DNA of 64,000 nucleotides from Acutalibacteraceae bacterium (GCA_045593385.1 JAZNWP010000048.1:55212-119211), one strand, 5' to 3'. Positions 40,816-52,846 are shown, counted from the stretch's first letter. Notes: generated by a model not told the origin, from the letters alone. Program-made: numbers and translations.

Positions 40816-41352
40816 TGGTAGGGCATCAGGGATTCGAACCCCGAACTAGCCGGATTATTCGAGCAATGTTAAATAATTTTTTTTAGCACCTCCTTTAGTT
40901 CATAGTCTTTTGCAAAACAAATATTTTTAATTTGACCATTTTTAGGAGGAATAAATCTTAATCTTTTTTCAGTACTACATTCAGACGCAGGAATTAAATA
41001 GCATTGATTATTATAAAATGTTGCAAAATAGTCAATTTCTTCATCTGAATATTTAGTATGTACATGATGACCATTTTTATATTTAGAATTTCTACAATCA
41101 AATTCTAAATAGGAATTATCATCATTTCCATGAGATGTTTTTACTTGAACTTTTAAAATTTTTCCTTTTATATCCACTAAAAAATCATATCTTGCTTGTC
41201 CACCATAAGGTAAACTAACTTGATATCCTAATTGGGTAAATGCTAAAATACATTGTAATTCTGTAACATTACCAATATGACATTTATTCATAATACTAAA
41301 TTATTTAATTTGTCAAATAAGCCGGATACTCTCACCGTTGAGTTAATGCCCC
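40816..41352 (-). tRNA. tRNA gene split in its anticodon loop by a homing-endonuclease ORF (identity unresolved)
   Basis: 5' part at 41319-41352 (acceptor GGGGCAT, D-arm, TCCGG-CUUAU...). 3' part at 40816-40853 (CCGGC, T-arm, ATGCCCT-A-CCA). The acceptor halves are complementary. Only about 35 nt and 15 nt flank the ORF. Confidence 0.55.
40869..41291 (-). CDS. PD-(D/E)XK homing endonuclease (I-Ssp6803I-like)
   Basis: GNVTELQCILAF...LPYGGQARYDFLV...VQVK...EIDYFATFYNNQCYLIP; paralogues at 58513..58918 and 62966..63403. Confidence 0.65.
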   Translation of the reverse strand: MNKCHIGNVTELQCILAFTQLGYQVSLPYGGQARYDFLVDIKGKILKVQVKTSHGNDDNSYLEFDCRNSKYKNGHHVHTKYSDEEIDYFATFYNNQCYLIPASECSTEKRLRFIPPKNGQIKNICFAKDYELKEVLKKII

Positions 41353-41660
41353 ATATTACTGATTTTATCGTTGTCCGCCAACTATCTTGTTCCTCAACAA
41401 GCAACATTGGATAGATTTTTTGTTTCTATAAACTGTCCGTTCCATCCCTTTCGGTTCTTCGGCATATATATCGGATTTTACGTGTCAGTATCACGAATGG
41501 AATTTACCATTATTAAGATATTTTCTTTCGATATAAAAATCTACATCAGCCTGTGGAAACTATCTTAAACCCTAATTAAAACTCCACAAATAGACGGAAG
41601 CTGATCCCATCATTTGCTTCAACGTTGCGGCAATAGAAATATACTGCCTATAAATAAAAA

Positions 41661-41706
41661 ATCGGGGCAGAATCAATCTCTCTCTATTCTGCCCCAAGGC
41701 TATATA
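41661..41706 (-). terminator. rho-independent terminator
   Basis: ggggcagaatagagagagattgattctgcccc followed by a T-run on the minus strand. Confidence 0.55.
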
Positions 41707-42052
41707 AATCAATAAATTATACAGCCTTTTTGAAGACTGATTTATTATAGACATAAATTAAATTTCAAAATTGCGATAGTAAATTTCAAGAGCCCTATCA
41801 CAAGATTTACTCTTTAATCCATTGGTCTTTTATCATTCTTCCCCAAAATTTATCTTTTTGTTATTTTCTAAATAATTTGATAAATTACTATAGATCTGTT
41901 AAAAACAGAAAATAATTTGCTGTATGGCTCTTAATAAATATTCCTTAATCGTATTTGTTGAAACCTCTACGTCATATTTCAACTTTAATGATGCATCCAG
42001 AGGTAAGTTTTTATCCCGCCAGCCCAGTTGTCGTCTGGGTTAATTAAGGAAA

Positions 42053-42129
42053 TGGAGCGAGATAGGGGATTCGAACCCCCACCACCTGCTTGGAAGGCAG
42101 GTATGCTAACCATTGAACACCAATCCCGC
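42053..42129 (-). tRNA. tRNA-Gly(UCC)
   Basis: Anticodon loop CUUCCAA; U73; CCA encoded. Confidence 0.7.
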
Positions 42130-42199
42130 ATAAGAAGTGGATTGCGAACAATCCACAAAATGAAAACTTAAAGAAAGGGGGAGTAATTAACTTTTCATT

Positions 42200-42238
42200 T
42201 CTATATATATTATAACAAAAATTTTTTAAAAAGTCAAT
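42200..42238 (-). promoter_or_regulatory. repeated promoter motif (upstream of tRNA-Gly)
   Basis: ctatatatattataacaaaaattttttaaaaagtcaa. Confidence 0.5.
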
Positions 42239-42543
42239 TATTTCCTTAAATAATATCGACAATACTCTTCATAAACTTGGTCTCGATCTGGAAATGATTC
42301 ATATTTCCAAAATCTATTATACCAACTTTTGACGATACAATCCCAATATCTTTCAAAACTCATGCCGACTGATTCATAGTCGCAAATATCATAATAACAA
42401 GTGTGTTTTCTATACGACTTATTATTTAATGGGAGATCATCGAGAGGAAGCTGGCGTAATCTTCGATTTGCAAGTTTTTTATAGCATTTGTCTTTACGCT
42501 GCCCTGAACGTGGGGTATGTCGATATGATCGACTCATAATCAT
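42238..42543 (-). CDS. hypothetical basic protein
   Basis: ORF. Confidence 0.45.
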   Translation of the reverse strand: MIMSRSYRHTPRSGQRKDKCYKKLANRRLRQLPLDDLPLNNKSYRKHTCYYDICDYESVGMSFERYWDCIVKSWYNRFWKYESFPDRDQVYEEYCRYYLRK

Positions 42544-42618
42544 CTAACCTCCTTATTTGGATAGTTAGAAAATCGTAAACCTCTGCATTGGACTCAGTCC
42601 TTTCATATTTTAAGTTAA

Positions 42619-42948
42619 TGGTGCCGGTGACCGGACTTGAACCGGTACGATGTTGCCACCGAGGGATTTTCTTACTACTCTATGTCACCATAGCCACATT
42701 TCTGTGTTGTAGTCTGGACTCTGTCTTCACCATATGTGCGGTCCGCACGCTTAGGTGGCTAGTGTATAGTCTCTACGCACTCTATAAAACAATTTATAGA
42801 TTGGCACGGCGTTCTGTGCTTGCCTTCACCGTTTAGCTAGCTTCTACTCAGAAGATTTCTCTTCTGGCACTCTCTCCTATTAGGAGCCCGCTCTTGCGGG
42901 AAGCACACCAAAGTCCCTTGCGTCTGCCTATTCCGCCACACCGGCATA
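42619..42948 (-). tRNA. tRNA-Leu(UAA) interrupted by a group I intron between U34 and A35
   Basis: 5' exon GCCGGTG...AGGGACUU at 42911-42948; 3' exon AAAAUCCCU...CACCGGC-A-CCA at 42619-42670. Type II D-arm; acceptor halves complementary. Confidence 0.75.
42671..42910 (-). ncRNA. group I intron (IC3-like, roughly 240 nt, no ORF)
   Basis: Contains GCGUAGAGACUAUACACUAGCCACCUAAGCGUGCGGACCGCACAUAUGG, closely matching the conserved core of the Azoarcus/cyanobacterial tRNA intron (GUAGAGACUA...ACCUAAG). Ends in G; preceded by exon U. Confidence 0.7.
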
Positions 42949-43070
42949 TAAAACAAGGCTCAAATCGACTGTGTGGGACTCGAACCCACGAAATTTTATT
43001 GGAAGTAAAATTTTTCTATCCGCATTATTAAAAATTTTGCTGTAAGAGCCTTTATTATTTATTTTTTATT

Positions 43071-43108
43071 ACATATATATTATAACATATTTTTTTTAAA
43101 AAGTCAAA
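43071..43108 (-). promoter_or_regulatory. repeated promoter motif (tandem copy A)
   Basis: acatatatattataacatattttttttaaaaagtcaaa. Confidence 0.55.
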
Positions 43109-43142
43109 TTTTTCTTTTTTATTTTGAAAAATCTTTTTTATC

Positions 43143-43181
43143 TTACATATATATTATAACATATTTTTTTTGAAAAATCAA
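43143..43181 (-). promoter_or_regulatory. repeated promoter motif (tandem copy B)
   Basis: acatatatattataacatatttttttttgaaaaatcaaa. Confidence 0.55.
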
Positions 43182-43196
43182 ATTTTTTCTTTTTAT

Positions 43197-43550
43197 TTAG
43201 GAAAGTTCTTTTTCAAAATCCTCAACTAAAAGAACTGATTCTTCGTATTCTTTTTCAGCATTGGTCAGATGAGACAATGAACGCTCCAATTCAAGATGAG
43301 CTTTTTGAACTTCAGCCATAGCCTTTTGATACCTTTCTTGCGCATTGCGCAATCTCTTTGTCGAAATCTTCTTATTGCAACGGCGTGCCGCGAGTTCCTT
43401 GCCCACTTCTACATCGAAGCTATCTCTTGGGTCGCACTTTGCATAACCCTTATAAATTTTTCCCTTATAAGGGGCAAACGCAATAATCTCAGGGACATTT
43501 TCATCAACTTCGTGCTGAATAAAAGTATATCTTTCTTTCTTGTAAGCCAT
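43197..43550 (-). CDS. hypothetical coiled-coil protein
   Basis: ORF downstream of the promoter motif. Confidence 0.5.
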   Translation of the reverse strand: MAYKKERYTFIQHEVDENVPEIIAFAPYKGKIYKGYAKCDPRDSFDVEVGKELAARRCNKKISTKRLRNAQERYQKAMAEVQKAHLELERSLSHLTNAEKEYEESVLLVEDFEKELS

Positions 43551-43586
43551 AATAAATTTCTCCTTTATTTGTTTCTTTCTTTATCT

Positions 43587-43625
43587 TACATATATATTAT
43601 AACATAAATTTTTTAAAAAATCAAA
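43587..43625 (-). promoter_or_regulatory. repeated promoter motif
   Basis: acatatatattataacataaattttttaaaaaatcaaa. Confidence 0.55.
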
Positions 43626-43643
43626 TAAAGGAGAATTGTTTTG

Positions 43644-45236
43644 TTAAATTATTTTTTCGCCATTAAAGAAAATATACATTGGAGAAGAACCTAAAAATAC
43701 ATATTTGGTTACTAAGTCTCCTAAAAAAGAAGGATTTAACTTAAATAATGCTGTATAATTTTTACTAGCATTTACAATTAAAGGTCTTGATTGAGATGTT
43801 GAACCATCTGACCATTTTATAAATTGATATCCAGCATTTGGGGTTGCTGTTAAAGTAATTGAATCTCCTAAATCATATACTCCATCTCCAGAAGTAATTC
43901 CACTCTCGATAGGATCTACATTTGTAGAAATAACACATTTCCATATAGAATATAATATTAAGTCATCTTTTGGAGGATAGGTAGAATTAGAAGTGTAGTA
44001 AGTACCATTTCCATCTGGTTTTGTATTCCAACCTTTAAAGACATAATTTGTTCTTGTTGGAGTTGGAATTGACCATGCTCCCATATTAGAACGAGAGCTT
44101 GCGGGAACAGAAGATGACATATAACTATAACTATCTGGATATATGCGGAAATTGTCAAATTTAACAGTATTGCTAGAACCATTTGCATCAACTCGAATTG
44201 CCGCTTGAACTGCACCAGTTGGTGCAGTAAAAGAAGCTCCTTGATTAAATCCATCAGAAAATCTACGAGTTGGTCCGTCTACGAAATCAATACCTAATCC
44301 AGATGGATTGGCATCATAGAAAAATATATATACATCCCAATTACTTCCAGTTATATCAATATCTATTTTATAAGATTCTCCTTCAGTAATTGGAAAATAT
44401 GGAGACTAAACATTTGCTTCTCCTGCGCTGCTATTGGAAGTTAAAGTAAATCCTGTATCAGTAATATTAGAAACAGTTCCATTAGAAGCAGAGAATCCAA
44501 TATTTTTCCATTTTTGAAAATTAAAAACACTATCATAAGTTACATAAGGAATTGGTTCAAAAATAGCTTGATAAGATAGGGCAGTGTAATTAGCAGAAAT
44601 AGAGTTATTAGAAATTTTTATGGTTTTATCTGGATTAGTATCTCCGTCTGACCATTTAACAAATCTATATCCTGGTCGTGGCAAAGTCTCAAGAGTATAA
44701 CTAGTTTCAGACATTGGAACATCAAGAATAGTATTTAAAAAATTTCCTTGTGGACAATTAATATATCCATAATTTGAATTATTTACACTAGTTTCAATTT
44801 TAAAAGTTGGATAAGTAAAATTCCAAGTTATTGCAATGTTTCTAATCCATAATTTTCTATAAACAGTAGCTTCAAATCTAAACCCCATATCTCCAGTGGC
44901 TAAACCGGCATTTAAAGTTTTACTTTGAAAAATATCATCTGTAATTGTTCTTGATACAGATACCCAACTATCAGCAGTAGAAGATTTACTTCCATATTTA
45001 GAATCATTTATAGACACCCAACAATCTCCATCACTTCCAGCAATTCCAGTTCTCCAATCCCAATCAAATTTTACACTATTTATTTGAGCATAATTTGGAA
45101 CATTATTATTTATAATAGTCCTATTAGTTTCATCAATATAATATGTTTTTGAATTTGATCCAGACCCAATTCCAATATATCCAAGATCAGTATTTTCATT
45201 TGTATGATATTTCCAAGTATATGTGCTAGATGCCAT
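43644..45236 (-). CDS. receptor-binding or tail-fibre-like protein with Listeria-Bacteroides repeats; in-frame TAG at 44406-44408
   Basis: ORFs 43644..44120 and 44406..45236 are in the same frame, with only a TAG between them. NYVFKGWNTKPDGNGTYY and YRFVKWSDGDTN repeat motifs. Confidence 0.55.
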
Positions 45237-45244
45237 TTAACTCA

Positions 45245-48200
45245 CCCCTCAACAACAAAATAAATTGTATTAGGATCTGCGGCAACTGCACTGCTCCAAG
45301 AGCCTCCGCTATAAGTTTGAATAGTTTTGTCGTTTATATTATAATAAATAGTTCCTTCTGTTGGATTAGAAATTTGAGAAGAATAAGCTTTTCTAAACAT
45401 TAAATCTTCTAATCTTTGATCGAATTGAGAATCAATTTCAGTTTTAGTATAATGATTTTCAGCATCAGCTTTTTGCGATAATAAATCATTTACTTGACTT
45501 TGGTTGTAATAATTATCTAAATCAATATCAGTCTCTAAAACTGCAATATTACTTCCGGTCCACCAGTAATCAGGAAGATCAGTATCGGTTAATAAGAAAA
45601 TATCTCCAATTTTTAAACTATCCTAATTTGATGTAATAAACGCATTTAATTCAGCTTCATCTTTAAATACATAAGAAGCGCGCTTGCCATTAGCTACATT
45701 CATTACTTCTTGAACTGCGCTATTTAATTGATCTTTGTCAATAAAGTTAGAATCATTAGTTAATTGACTCGTTGTAATTGGAACATCATTTTTAACTTCT
45801 TCAATAGCATTATAAATACCTGAAGATTTTACCATTCCATCAGAATTTTCTTGAACAGTATCTAAAATTGTTAAAGTATCCTATTTATTTTGATTCATTT
45901 GTTCAAAAGCTTTATAAATAGCATTTGAAGTCATTAGCTTTTGAGACCCAGATTGAGGGAGATTTTCATCATCAATATAAATTAAGGATCTTCCTCCTAA
46001 AGCAGTCCAAACTGCCCCAGAAGATACTGGTTTAGTATTTCCTTCTTCAATTTTATTATAAGTTTCAATAGTTATGGGATAGATATATTTTTTATCAATT
46101 TTATTATATAATTGATATGAATCTACAGTCATAAAATAGTTATCCCCTAAATCTGCTATTGCTATGTAAATACCAGTTTTTTCAAAAGTTATAAAAGTTC
46201 CATCTGAAATTTCAATAGATTCATTAGGTGTTTTTATTACTAAAATCAAAGGTGGTAATGAATAACTTCCATATTTATCTTGTAAATCTTCTAAAAGACT
46301 TATATCATCAAGTATTGTTTCCCCAATTATTACTTTATATTCAGTGGTTTGTAAAGACTTTAAATATGAATAATACCAGTCTTCTTTTTCTGGAATTTCT
46401 TCAGTAATATGTTTAAGATATATATTTGTAAAAAAACCTGATTGTGTCTCTACTTTTATAAGTTCTTCATTTTCTAAATCATAAAATCCTTCCCAACTTT
46501 CAACCCATTGTTCATTAAAATTAATAACATAAATACCGGCTTCTGGAAAATAATATTGATAACCATTAGATGTTAAATAAATACCTGTTTCAGGAACTTC
46601 ATAAATAAATGGTAAAAATAAACTTCCATCTTCGGAGATACAAACTTCATATCCAATTGTTTCAGTCTAAGTGTTAGATATAGGAGAAATCTAACTTGCT
46701 AGCCTAATATTATCTTCTCCTAAATCTGCTGAATTTATTGTAACAAAAGAATTTAACAATTTTTCTTCTGGAATAAAATTATCTGAAATTTTATACCAAG
46801 CTTGTGGAGTTTGTACTTCATCTTCTATTAAAATTATTTGGATTTTTTCTTCGGTATTACCATCCCAAGTAATTTTTTCAAATGTTCTTGGAAAATTTAC
46901 TTCCTAAACAGGATAATCATAAAATGGTCTATTTTGAATATAACTATCTTTAGTTTCATCATTTTCTGCATAATCAGATTGAACTTGAGCTAATTCGTCA
47001 AAGAGATCATCGGGAAGAGCTTCCTTTGAAAGTTTAATAGTTTTTGATTCTGTTTCTGTAGTGCTAATTTCTATAGTAAAAGTAATATCAGTAAGCGATT
47101 CTGGTGCAGCAATTTGAAGCCAAGATTGACCAGTAGTATTACTTTTTGCAAAAACAAGAGTGAATGTTGGCTTGGTAGAATCTGCTCTTGTCCAAACCCC
47201 TTGGGTTAAAACTTCTTCGAGAGATTGAGCCGCATTAATAAATCCATAATATCCTGTATTATTAGAACCCATGCCAAATTGTGTATCAAGTGTTGAATTT
47301 TTAAATACATTACAAATATCAAACTCGCCAGTTTCTCCATTTTGGATATATGTCACTTTAACAGGAGTTCCTTCTTGGATATCATCATATATCTGTTTAT
47401 CTTTAACAACATTATTCCAAATTAAAAATGGAGATGTTGCACTTGGAGTGCCCAATGTTGTTGTATAAGAGTTGTTGATTTCTGTTGTGGTTGTAAAAGT
47501 TTTACCAAGAGTCAAAGTGAGCTTTCCATCAATATTTTCAAATTCTTCACCAAGAGTATTCTCTGGTAAACCAACTAGATTTTTTTCCTCACCAGAAATT
47601 GTTAATTCATAATCTGCATAATTAGCAATATCAATTCCAATCATTGTCGCTTCTTCTGCGAACATAATAACTCCTGATGGAATTGTATCATCTACTCTAG
47701 TTAAAGAGGTCGCAGTTCCTGATACCAAATCAGTAAATAAAGTATTAGTATTAAATCCACCTTGAATCACTTCTGCATCAGAGAAGTTTCCAACAGCTAA
47801 TTCACAGGAACCTAAATTAATAATATCGCCGCTTGTTTTATGAGTTAGAGTTACATTAATTGTGTTGGTTGTTGGTAAATTACAACCTTGATACATTACA
47901 GCATAAATATCTCCTGTGACATCATTATCATCTGCTGCTCCTAAATCATAGGTATCGACAAAAGTTTCAATTGATATAATATCGCCAGGCTTATTTGAAA
48001 TTACTTCCCAAGGAAGTTTAATTAATTGCTTCGTGGTATTTGTAAAGTCTAATTCAAATGAAAAAGACTATCCAACTAATTCATCATTGGGTGCTCCAGC
48101 AATTACATAAACAATTCCTGTTGTATCATTCTTAATAAATCCCATATTGAATGTAGAATAATCTGGATTTTTTTTCTCCCAAGCACTACCACCAAGGATT

Positions 48201-48754
48201 TCTTCTGTGGTTTTTGTAGCATTAATTAATACCCAATAACCAGTCTATCCAGATGATAAAAATGAACTATCTAAAGTTGGATTTAAAACAAATTTTTGAC
48301 TATCTATTAAATTTCCATTTTGATAGACATTAAGAATTACTCCCTCATCAAGGTCTTTTAAAGTATCAATATTGGAAAGAACATTATTCCACATATAAAA
48401 AGGGCTTGTTCCAGCATAATTTCCAAAGGTAATATCATTAAATTCTCTTAAATCTTTTTGATAATCTCCAATTTTATTTTTTATGTAATCAGGTTGAGTA
48501 CTGTCTGTTTGCGCCCAGTCGCTTTGAATTTGCGCGAGTTCAGGTTCATCGGTCGCTGAACCGCCAACTGCAAACGGCAAATCATTAACTTTAGTTTTGC
48601 CATCACCAATTTTTAATTTAACTATTTCATTTCCATTTTCATCAGTTGTATAAATAATTAATTCGCCTTTTAATGGAATAAAATTTTCTGCTTTACTCCA
48701 ATTTTCATATGTATCAATTTTATGCTAAGTTCGTACATTTATTTTTTTACTCAT
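45245..48754 (-). CDS. giant tail-fibre protein (roughly 1150 aa) with many in-frame TAGs
   Basis: ORFs 45623..45835, 45881..46249, 46904..47896 and 48245..48580 share one frame and are separated only by TAGs. The N-terminus, translated by hand (MSKKINVRT-TAG-HKIDTYENWSKAENFIPLKGELIIY), matches the anchor domain of the other fibre genes. Confidence 0.5.
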
Positions 48755-48858
48755 TTTTTATTTTTCTCCTTTCAATTTATCTTTTTCAAAATATATAGAG
48801 AAAAAGGGAAGGATATCAATTTCAATCCTTCCCTTAAAATTTTTATATATTATATTTA

Positions 48859-50667
48859 TTAGTAATTTTTAATAAGTTCAGTAGCAGAACCTCCGTAAAA
48901 AATAAAACAATCTACTTCATCTTCCCCACTTAAATCTTTTTCAGTTTCTACAACATCATAAATACTACCAGTTGAAGCAACTTTAGCAAGCTTAGTTTCT
49001 GTGTGACCGGTAAGCATACCATTTTCTTGGGTTACACCAGTAAGAACACTTATCTCTCCATTTTCTGAAGTATTAGCTACAGTGATAGAAGAATCAAGAC
49101 TTTCTAAAATATTAGCAGCGGCAAAATCATCAGCACTAGCATAGGCAGCGCTCTTTAAACCAGCAACTTCTACCTCAGCACCATCTACTTTAATAGTACC
49201 ATTGCTAGTTCCTGTTTCAATTTTCTGAACAGCACTATCAGCTTTACCAAGACTGGTTTGAACGCTTGCTACTAACTTATCTTTTGTAATAGTTCCATCA
49301 GTAATAGTAGCTGTTACTTTATGAGTAGTCTCATCAATAGTAATAAATACCATATCTCCATTTTGAGATCCAGAAGTTACATATTCGATAAGAGAACCAA
49401 CTGGAATATAAAGAGTGTCATCGTTAGCATTTGCTAATACTAACTTAATATAAGTTCCAGCACTTAAATCTTCAACTTCTCCTTCTGCTAATTCAACAAC
49501 AGAACCAGAAGATACTACCATATCTTTTGGAATATTGATAGAAGCACCGACTGAGGTTTCACCTTTGAACAATTTATAAGTGGCAGCATATCCTTCTTCA
49601 GCGATAGTTTCTTTTACAATTGTATATTCTGCAGCCGCAGGAATAACAACTTTAAGACCATCATCTTCAAGAGTGATTGCATTATCGCTATCAGCAGAAA
49701 TATTTACAGCTACTGTTGGTTCAGTTGCAGTTCCACCAATCGTTACAGAATTATTGCCAGCAGTCACAGAAGCAATTTTTTCATTAGCAGCAGCCTCAGC
49801 AACTTCTTCTGCATAGCCAACGACTGTAGTAGCTGTTATACCTTCAGGAAGGTCTCCAACAAGTCCAGCAAGGTTTTCAATATTAGTAACAGCCTCATCT
49901 GCTTTCTGCTGAGCAGCTGCAGCGCTCTTTAACGCACCATGAACTGTAGCAGTGCCAGCAGTATCAGCTTCTGTTCCACGAACTTCAGCAGCAGCATTCT
50001 TAGGATCAAAATCTTCTGCGTTTTTGTAAGCCGCAGTACCAAGACCTTTTACAGCAACATCTGTGCCGTTAAACTTAACGGTGCCATTTGCGTCGCCAGT
50101 GGTTAAGGTATATTTAGGAAGTTCTGCTCTAGTTACCTTAATAACACCATTTGTTTGAGACACAGCAGATACATATTGATCTGCTACAGCAGTATCTGTA
50201 TAATTAAGTTTGTTATTAATATAATTTTCGATAATTCCAGAAATGCCAGTAATTGTGCCATCTTCTCCTTCTTCAGAGAAAATAGCTTCTAATGCCTCTA
50301 CGGCAGCTTCTAATTCAGAAATTGCCCCAGCAACTGTTACGCCACTATCAGTGACAACTCCATTTTCTACTGTTGGTGCTGTACAATAAATATCTCCGGC
50401 AAGGCCATATTCCTTTTTTGCCCAAGCATAAACATCAGCAGCGAGGCCAGATGCCCAATCTAATTGATCAAAAGTAGTTGTCCCATCACCGACTTTAAAT
50501 AAAATTGATGGTTTTTGAGTAACTTTTCCAGTTGAATCTGCGGAACCAGGAATTTCAACTACGCAAACCTCTCCTCTTAAAGGAATAAATTCTTGATGGA
50601 AATTATTCTTTGTCCAGTTTTCCCAAGTATCATACTTGAGTCTTAATCTTGTGTTTAAAATAGCCAT
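48859..50667 (-). CDS. tail-fibre protein (Ala/Gly/Thr-rich shaft)
   Basis: N-terminus NTRLRLKYDTWENWTKNNFHQEFIPLRGE is shared with three paralogues. Confidence 0.7.
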   Translation of the reverse strand: MAILNTRLRLKYDTWENWTKNNFHQEFIPLRGEVCVVEIPGSADSTGKVTQKPSILFKVGDGTTTFDQLDWASGLAADVYAWAKKEYGLAGDIYCTAPTVENGVVTDSGVTVAGAISELEAAVEALEAIFSEEGEDGTITGISGIIENYINNKLNYTDTAVADQYVSAVSQTNGVIKVTRAELPKYTLTTGDANGTVKFNGTDVAVKGLGTAAYKNAEDFDPKNAAAEVRGTEADTAGTATVHGALKSAAAAQQKADEAVTNIENLAGLVGDLPEGITATTVVGYAEEVAEAAANEKIASVTAGNNSVTIGGTATEPTVAVNISADSDNAITLEDDGLKVVIPAAAEYTIVKETIAEEGYAATYKLFKGETSVGASINIPKDMVVSSGSVVELAEGEVEDLSAGTYIKLVLANANDDTLYIPVGSLIEYVTSGSQNGDMVFITIDETTHKVTATITDGTITKDKLVASVQTSLGKADSAVQKIETGTSNGTIKVDGAEVEVAGLKSAAYASADDFAAANILESLDSSITVANTSENGEISVLTGVTQENGMLTGHTETKLAKVASTGSIYDVVETEKDLSGEDEVDCFIFYGGSATELIKNY

Positions 50668-50698
50668 ATTGTTTTCCCCTTTCTAATTTTTTTATTTT

Positions 50699-51103
50699 TT
50701 AATTAAATGTTGTACTACAATCTAAAACTAATTCTCCATCCCAAACTAATTTATCAATATGAAGAGAATTAATTTCCATAGTACCATCTTTATGTACAGA
50801 AATCTTATTAATTGAATTTTCAGAATTCGCCGGAGTGCTTTTAACGAGACCTAATACCTCTCCAGTAGCCAATGGCAATTTTAATACATTTTCGGTTGGC
50901 TTTACAATTGTATCACCTACTTGAATTGCGAGAACTGCCCCTTGAGCGAGAGGAAGTAATAGGTCAGTTTTCATACTGCTTAATTCAGTTTGCACTTCCT
51001 TAACGCTATTCTCTAACTTTGTTAACTTTGTTAAAACGCCAGCATCACCTGTACCACCAGATGTTATAGCTTTTTTAGCAAGAGCATATGTAATTAAATC
51101 CAT
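50699..51103 (-). CDS. tail-fibre-associated protein (paralogue of 56210..56633)
   Basis: Shared N-terminus MDLITYALAKKA and shared C-terminal motif. Confidence 0.5.
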   Translation of the reverse strand: MDLITYALAKKAITSGGTGDAGVLTKLTKLENSVKEVQTELSSMKTDLLLPLAQGAVLAIQVGDTIVKPTENVLKLPLATGEVLGLVKSTPANSENSINKISVHKDGTMEINSLHIDKLVWDGELVLDCSTTFN

Positions 51104-51203
51104 TCGCTTATTAATCTCCTTTCTGAAAATATTATTAGATTTCTCTAACTTATTTAATTTTTTTAATTTTAATAATAATCTTTTTTGCCCAAATTATAAA
51201 AAA

Positions 51204-51650
51204 TTAAATAGCCAAAGTAAAATATATATCAATTAATGAATTTGGCATAAAGTGAAGCACTGTACCATCTTCAGTATCTTGACGAATACAAAGGTAAATC
51301 TTATTATCTGTTTCATCAAAATAGTATTTATCTTTATAATATGTCATACCAGACACTGCTACAATAGGATTTTCAAGCGTACCGTCATTAACAATGTCAA
51401 TCGGCTCAAATAAAGCGGGAGTTAAATTGGGAGTCCAAGATTCCTGTGTGGTATGCGCTTGAACAACTTTGTAGAGTTTTTCCTCATATTCAACTTTATC
51501 TCCGACAGACAATGTTTTACCAGCTTCCCAATCAGGGAAAAGAGCGATATTTGCCAATGCCACTTCATCAGAGAGTGTTTGACGAATTCTTTTAACGGCG
51601 TTAATAAATGCGTATGCTTTACTTCTTTTCATATCATAACGCCTCCTCAA
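51204..51650 (-). CDS. hypothetical protein
   Basis: ORF. Confidence 0.45.
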   Translation of the reverse strand: MRRRYDMKRSKAYAFINAVKRIRQTLSDEVALANIALFPDWEAGKTLSVGDKVEYEEKLYKVVQAHTTQESWTPNLTPALFEPIDIVNDGTLENPIVAVSGMTYYKDKYYFDETDNKIYLCIRQDTEDGTVLHFMPNSLIDIYFTLAI

Positions 51651-51852
51651 TTAAAGCAATAAAATCTTCTGCTGAGATTTCTTCATCACCATTTTCAATC
51701 TGAGGTTCAACTTCTGTGTATATTCTGCTAGAGTCTACAGGATCTATGGCATCTCCATAAATAATTCCATCTCTTTCGATATCCCAACCGAGGTCAGAAT
51801 ATGTGTGTAAATACTCAATTCCATTCTCGGAAATTATTTCTGAAATAATCAT
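51634..51852 (-). CDS. small acidic protein
   Basis: ORF. Confidence 0.35.
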   Translation of the reverse strand: MIISEIISENGIEYLHTYSDLGWDIERDGIIYGDAIDPVDSSRIYTEVEPQIENGDEEISAEDFIALIEEAL

Positions 51853-51865
51853 ATCTTAACCTCCA

Positions 51866-52846
51866 TTAATATTTTTTAACAATATGTTTAATCCAGTCTT
51901 CAAATGTAATGCTTTCCATTACTAAACCTTCTGTATACATACGGTTTTTAATGCTAACAATTATTTGAGTTTTTGTTTCTTCTGGAATAGTATTAAATAA
52001 GTGTTTAAATTTTAAATAATATTTCTTAAAGCGTTTTTGAGTATTAGTTCTATATTTTTTATTTTCTTGATTAATCCATTCGGATTTATTCATTGTAAAA
52101 TATGCATCAAAAATCATTGAGGTGGCATAAAACTGAGCATCCTCTTTACGGTCACGTCTAAGCAATTCATCAACCAAAGCTTCATTACTATCAAGCATAT
52201 TATTATATGTTTTTAAAATATACTTAAAATCGCTGCGGCAAACTGAATCATCTCTCCATCTCCAAAGATAAAATGATGTTTGTGAGTATTTAAGTTCACC
52301 GGCTAACTTTTGACACAGACAATTAAAATAACTATCTTCGTGAATTGTTAATTTTTCATTCCAGCGAATATTTTGATCTATGAGATATTGTCTACGATGA
52401 ACCTTACCGTGAACAAAGGTTGAATCCATATCGTGATTTATATATATTATTTCATTTGTTTGAGGAATGCGAGTTTCTTCAATAAATGCCGACACTAAAC
52501 TATCGAATCCACCATTCTCAATTTCTCTAAATATAATATATAGACCACAGGCATTATAAAACATATCATCGGCATCACAAAACATTACATAATCTGCTGT
52601 TGCATGGTCAAGACAAGCATTACGAGTTGCTGAAACGCCTTTATGTTCATTAAAATAATAATCAATATTGTAAGAATATTTATCTAAAAAATCTCTTGAT
52701 AGATGAATGTCAGTACCATCGTTAACTATAATGACACCAACTTCATTTATTAAATCAACGTTTTGTTGAACTTCAATACTATCAAGTAATGGTTTTATAA
52801 TTTCGTTTGTTTCCTTATATTGAGGAACTAAAATTTGAAGTTTCAT
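51866..52846 (-). CDS. family-2 glycosyltransferase
   Basis: VIIVNDGTD and FCDADD GT-A motifs. Confidence 0.8.
   Translation of the reverse strand: MKLQILVPQYKETNEIIKPLLDSIEVQQNVDLINEVGVIIVNDGTDIHLSRDFLDKYSYNIDYYFNEHKGVSATRNACLDHATADYVMFCDADDMFYNACGLYIIFREIENGGFDSLVSAFIEETRIPQTNEIIYINHDMDSTFVHGKVHRRQYLIDQNIRWNEKLTIHEDSYFNCLCQKLAGELKYSQTSFYLWRWRDDSVCRSDFKYILKTYNNMLDSNEALVDELLRRDRKEDAQFYATSMIFDAYFTMNKSEWINQENKKYRTNTQKRFKKYYLKFKHLFNTIPEETKTQIIVSIKNRMYTEGLVMESITFEDWIKHIVKKY

Noticed and set aside
42966-43030. T-arm-like segment (GUGGG-UUCGAGU-CCCAC) upstream of tRNA-Leu
   Set aside because: No matching 5' acceptor, D-arm or anticodon arm could be found, so it is probably a tRNA remnant. It is kept out of the feature list.
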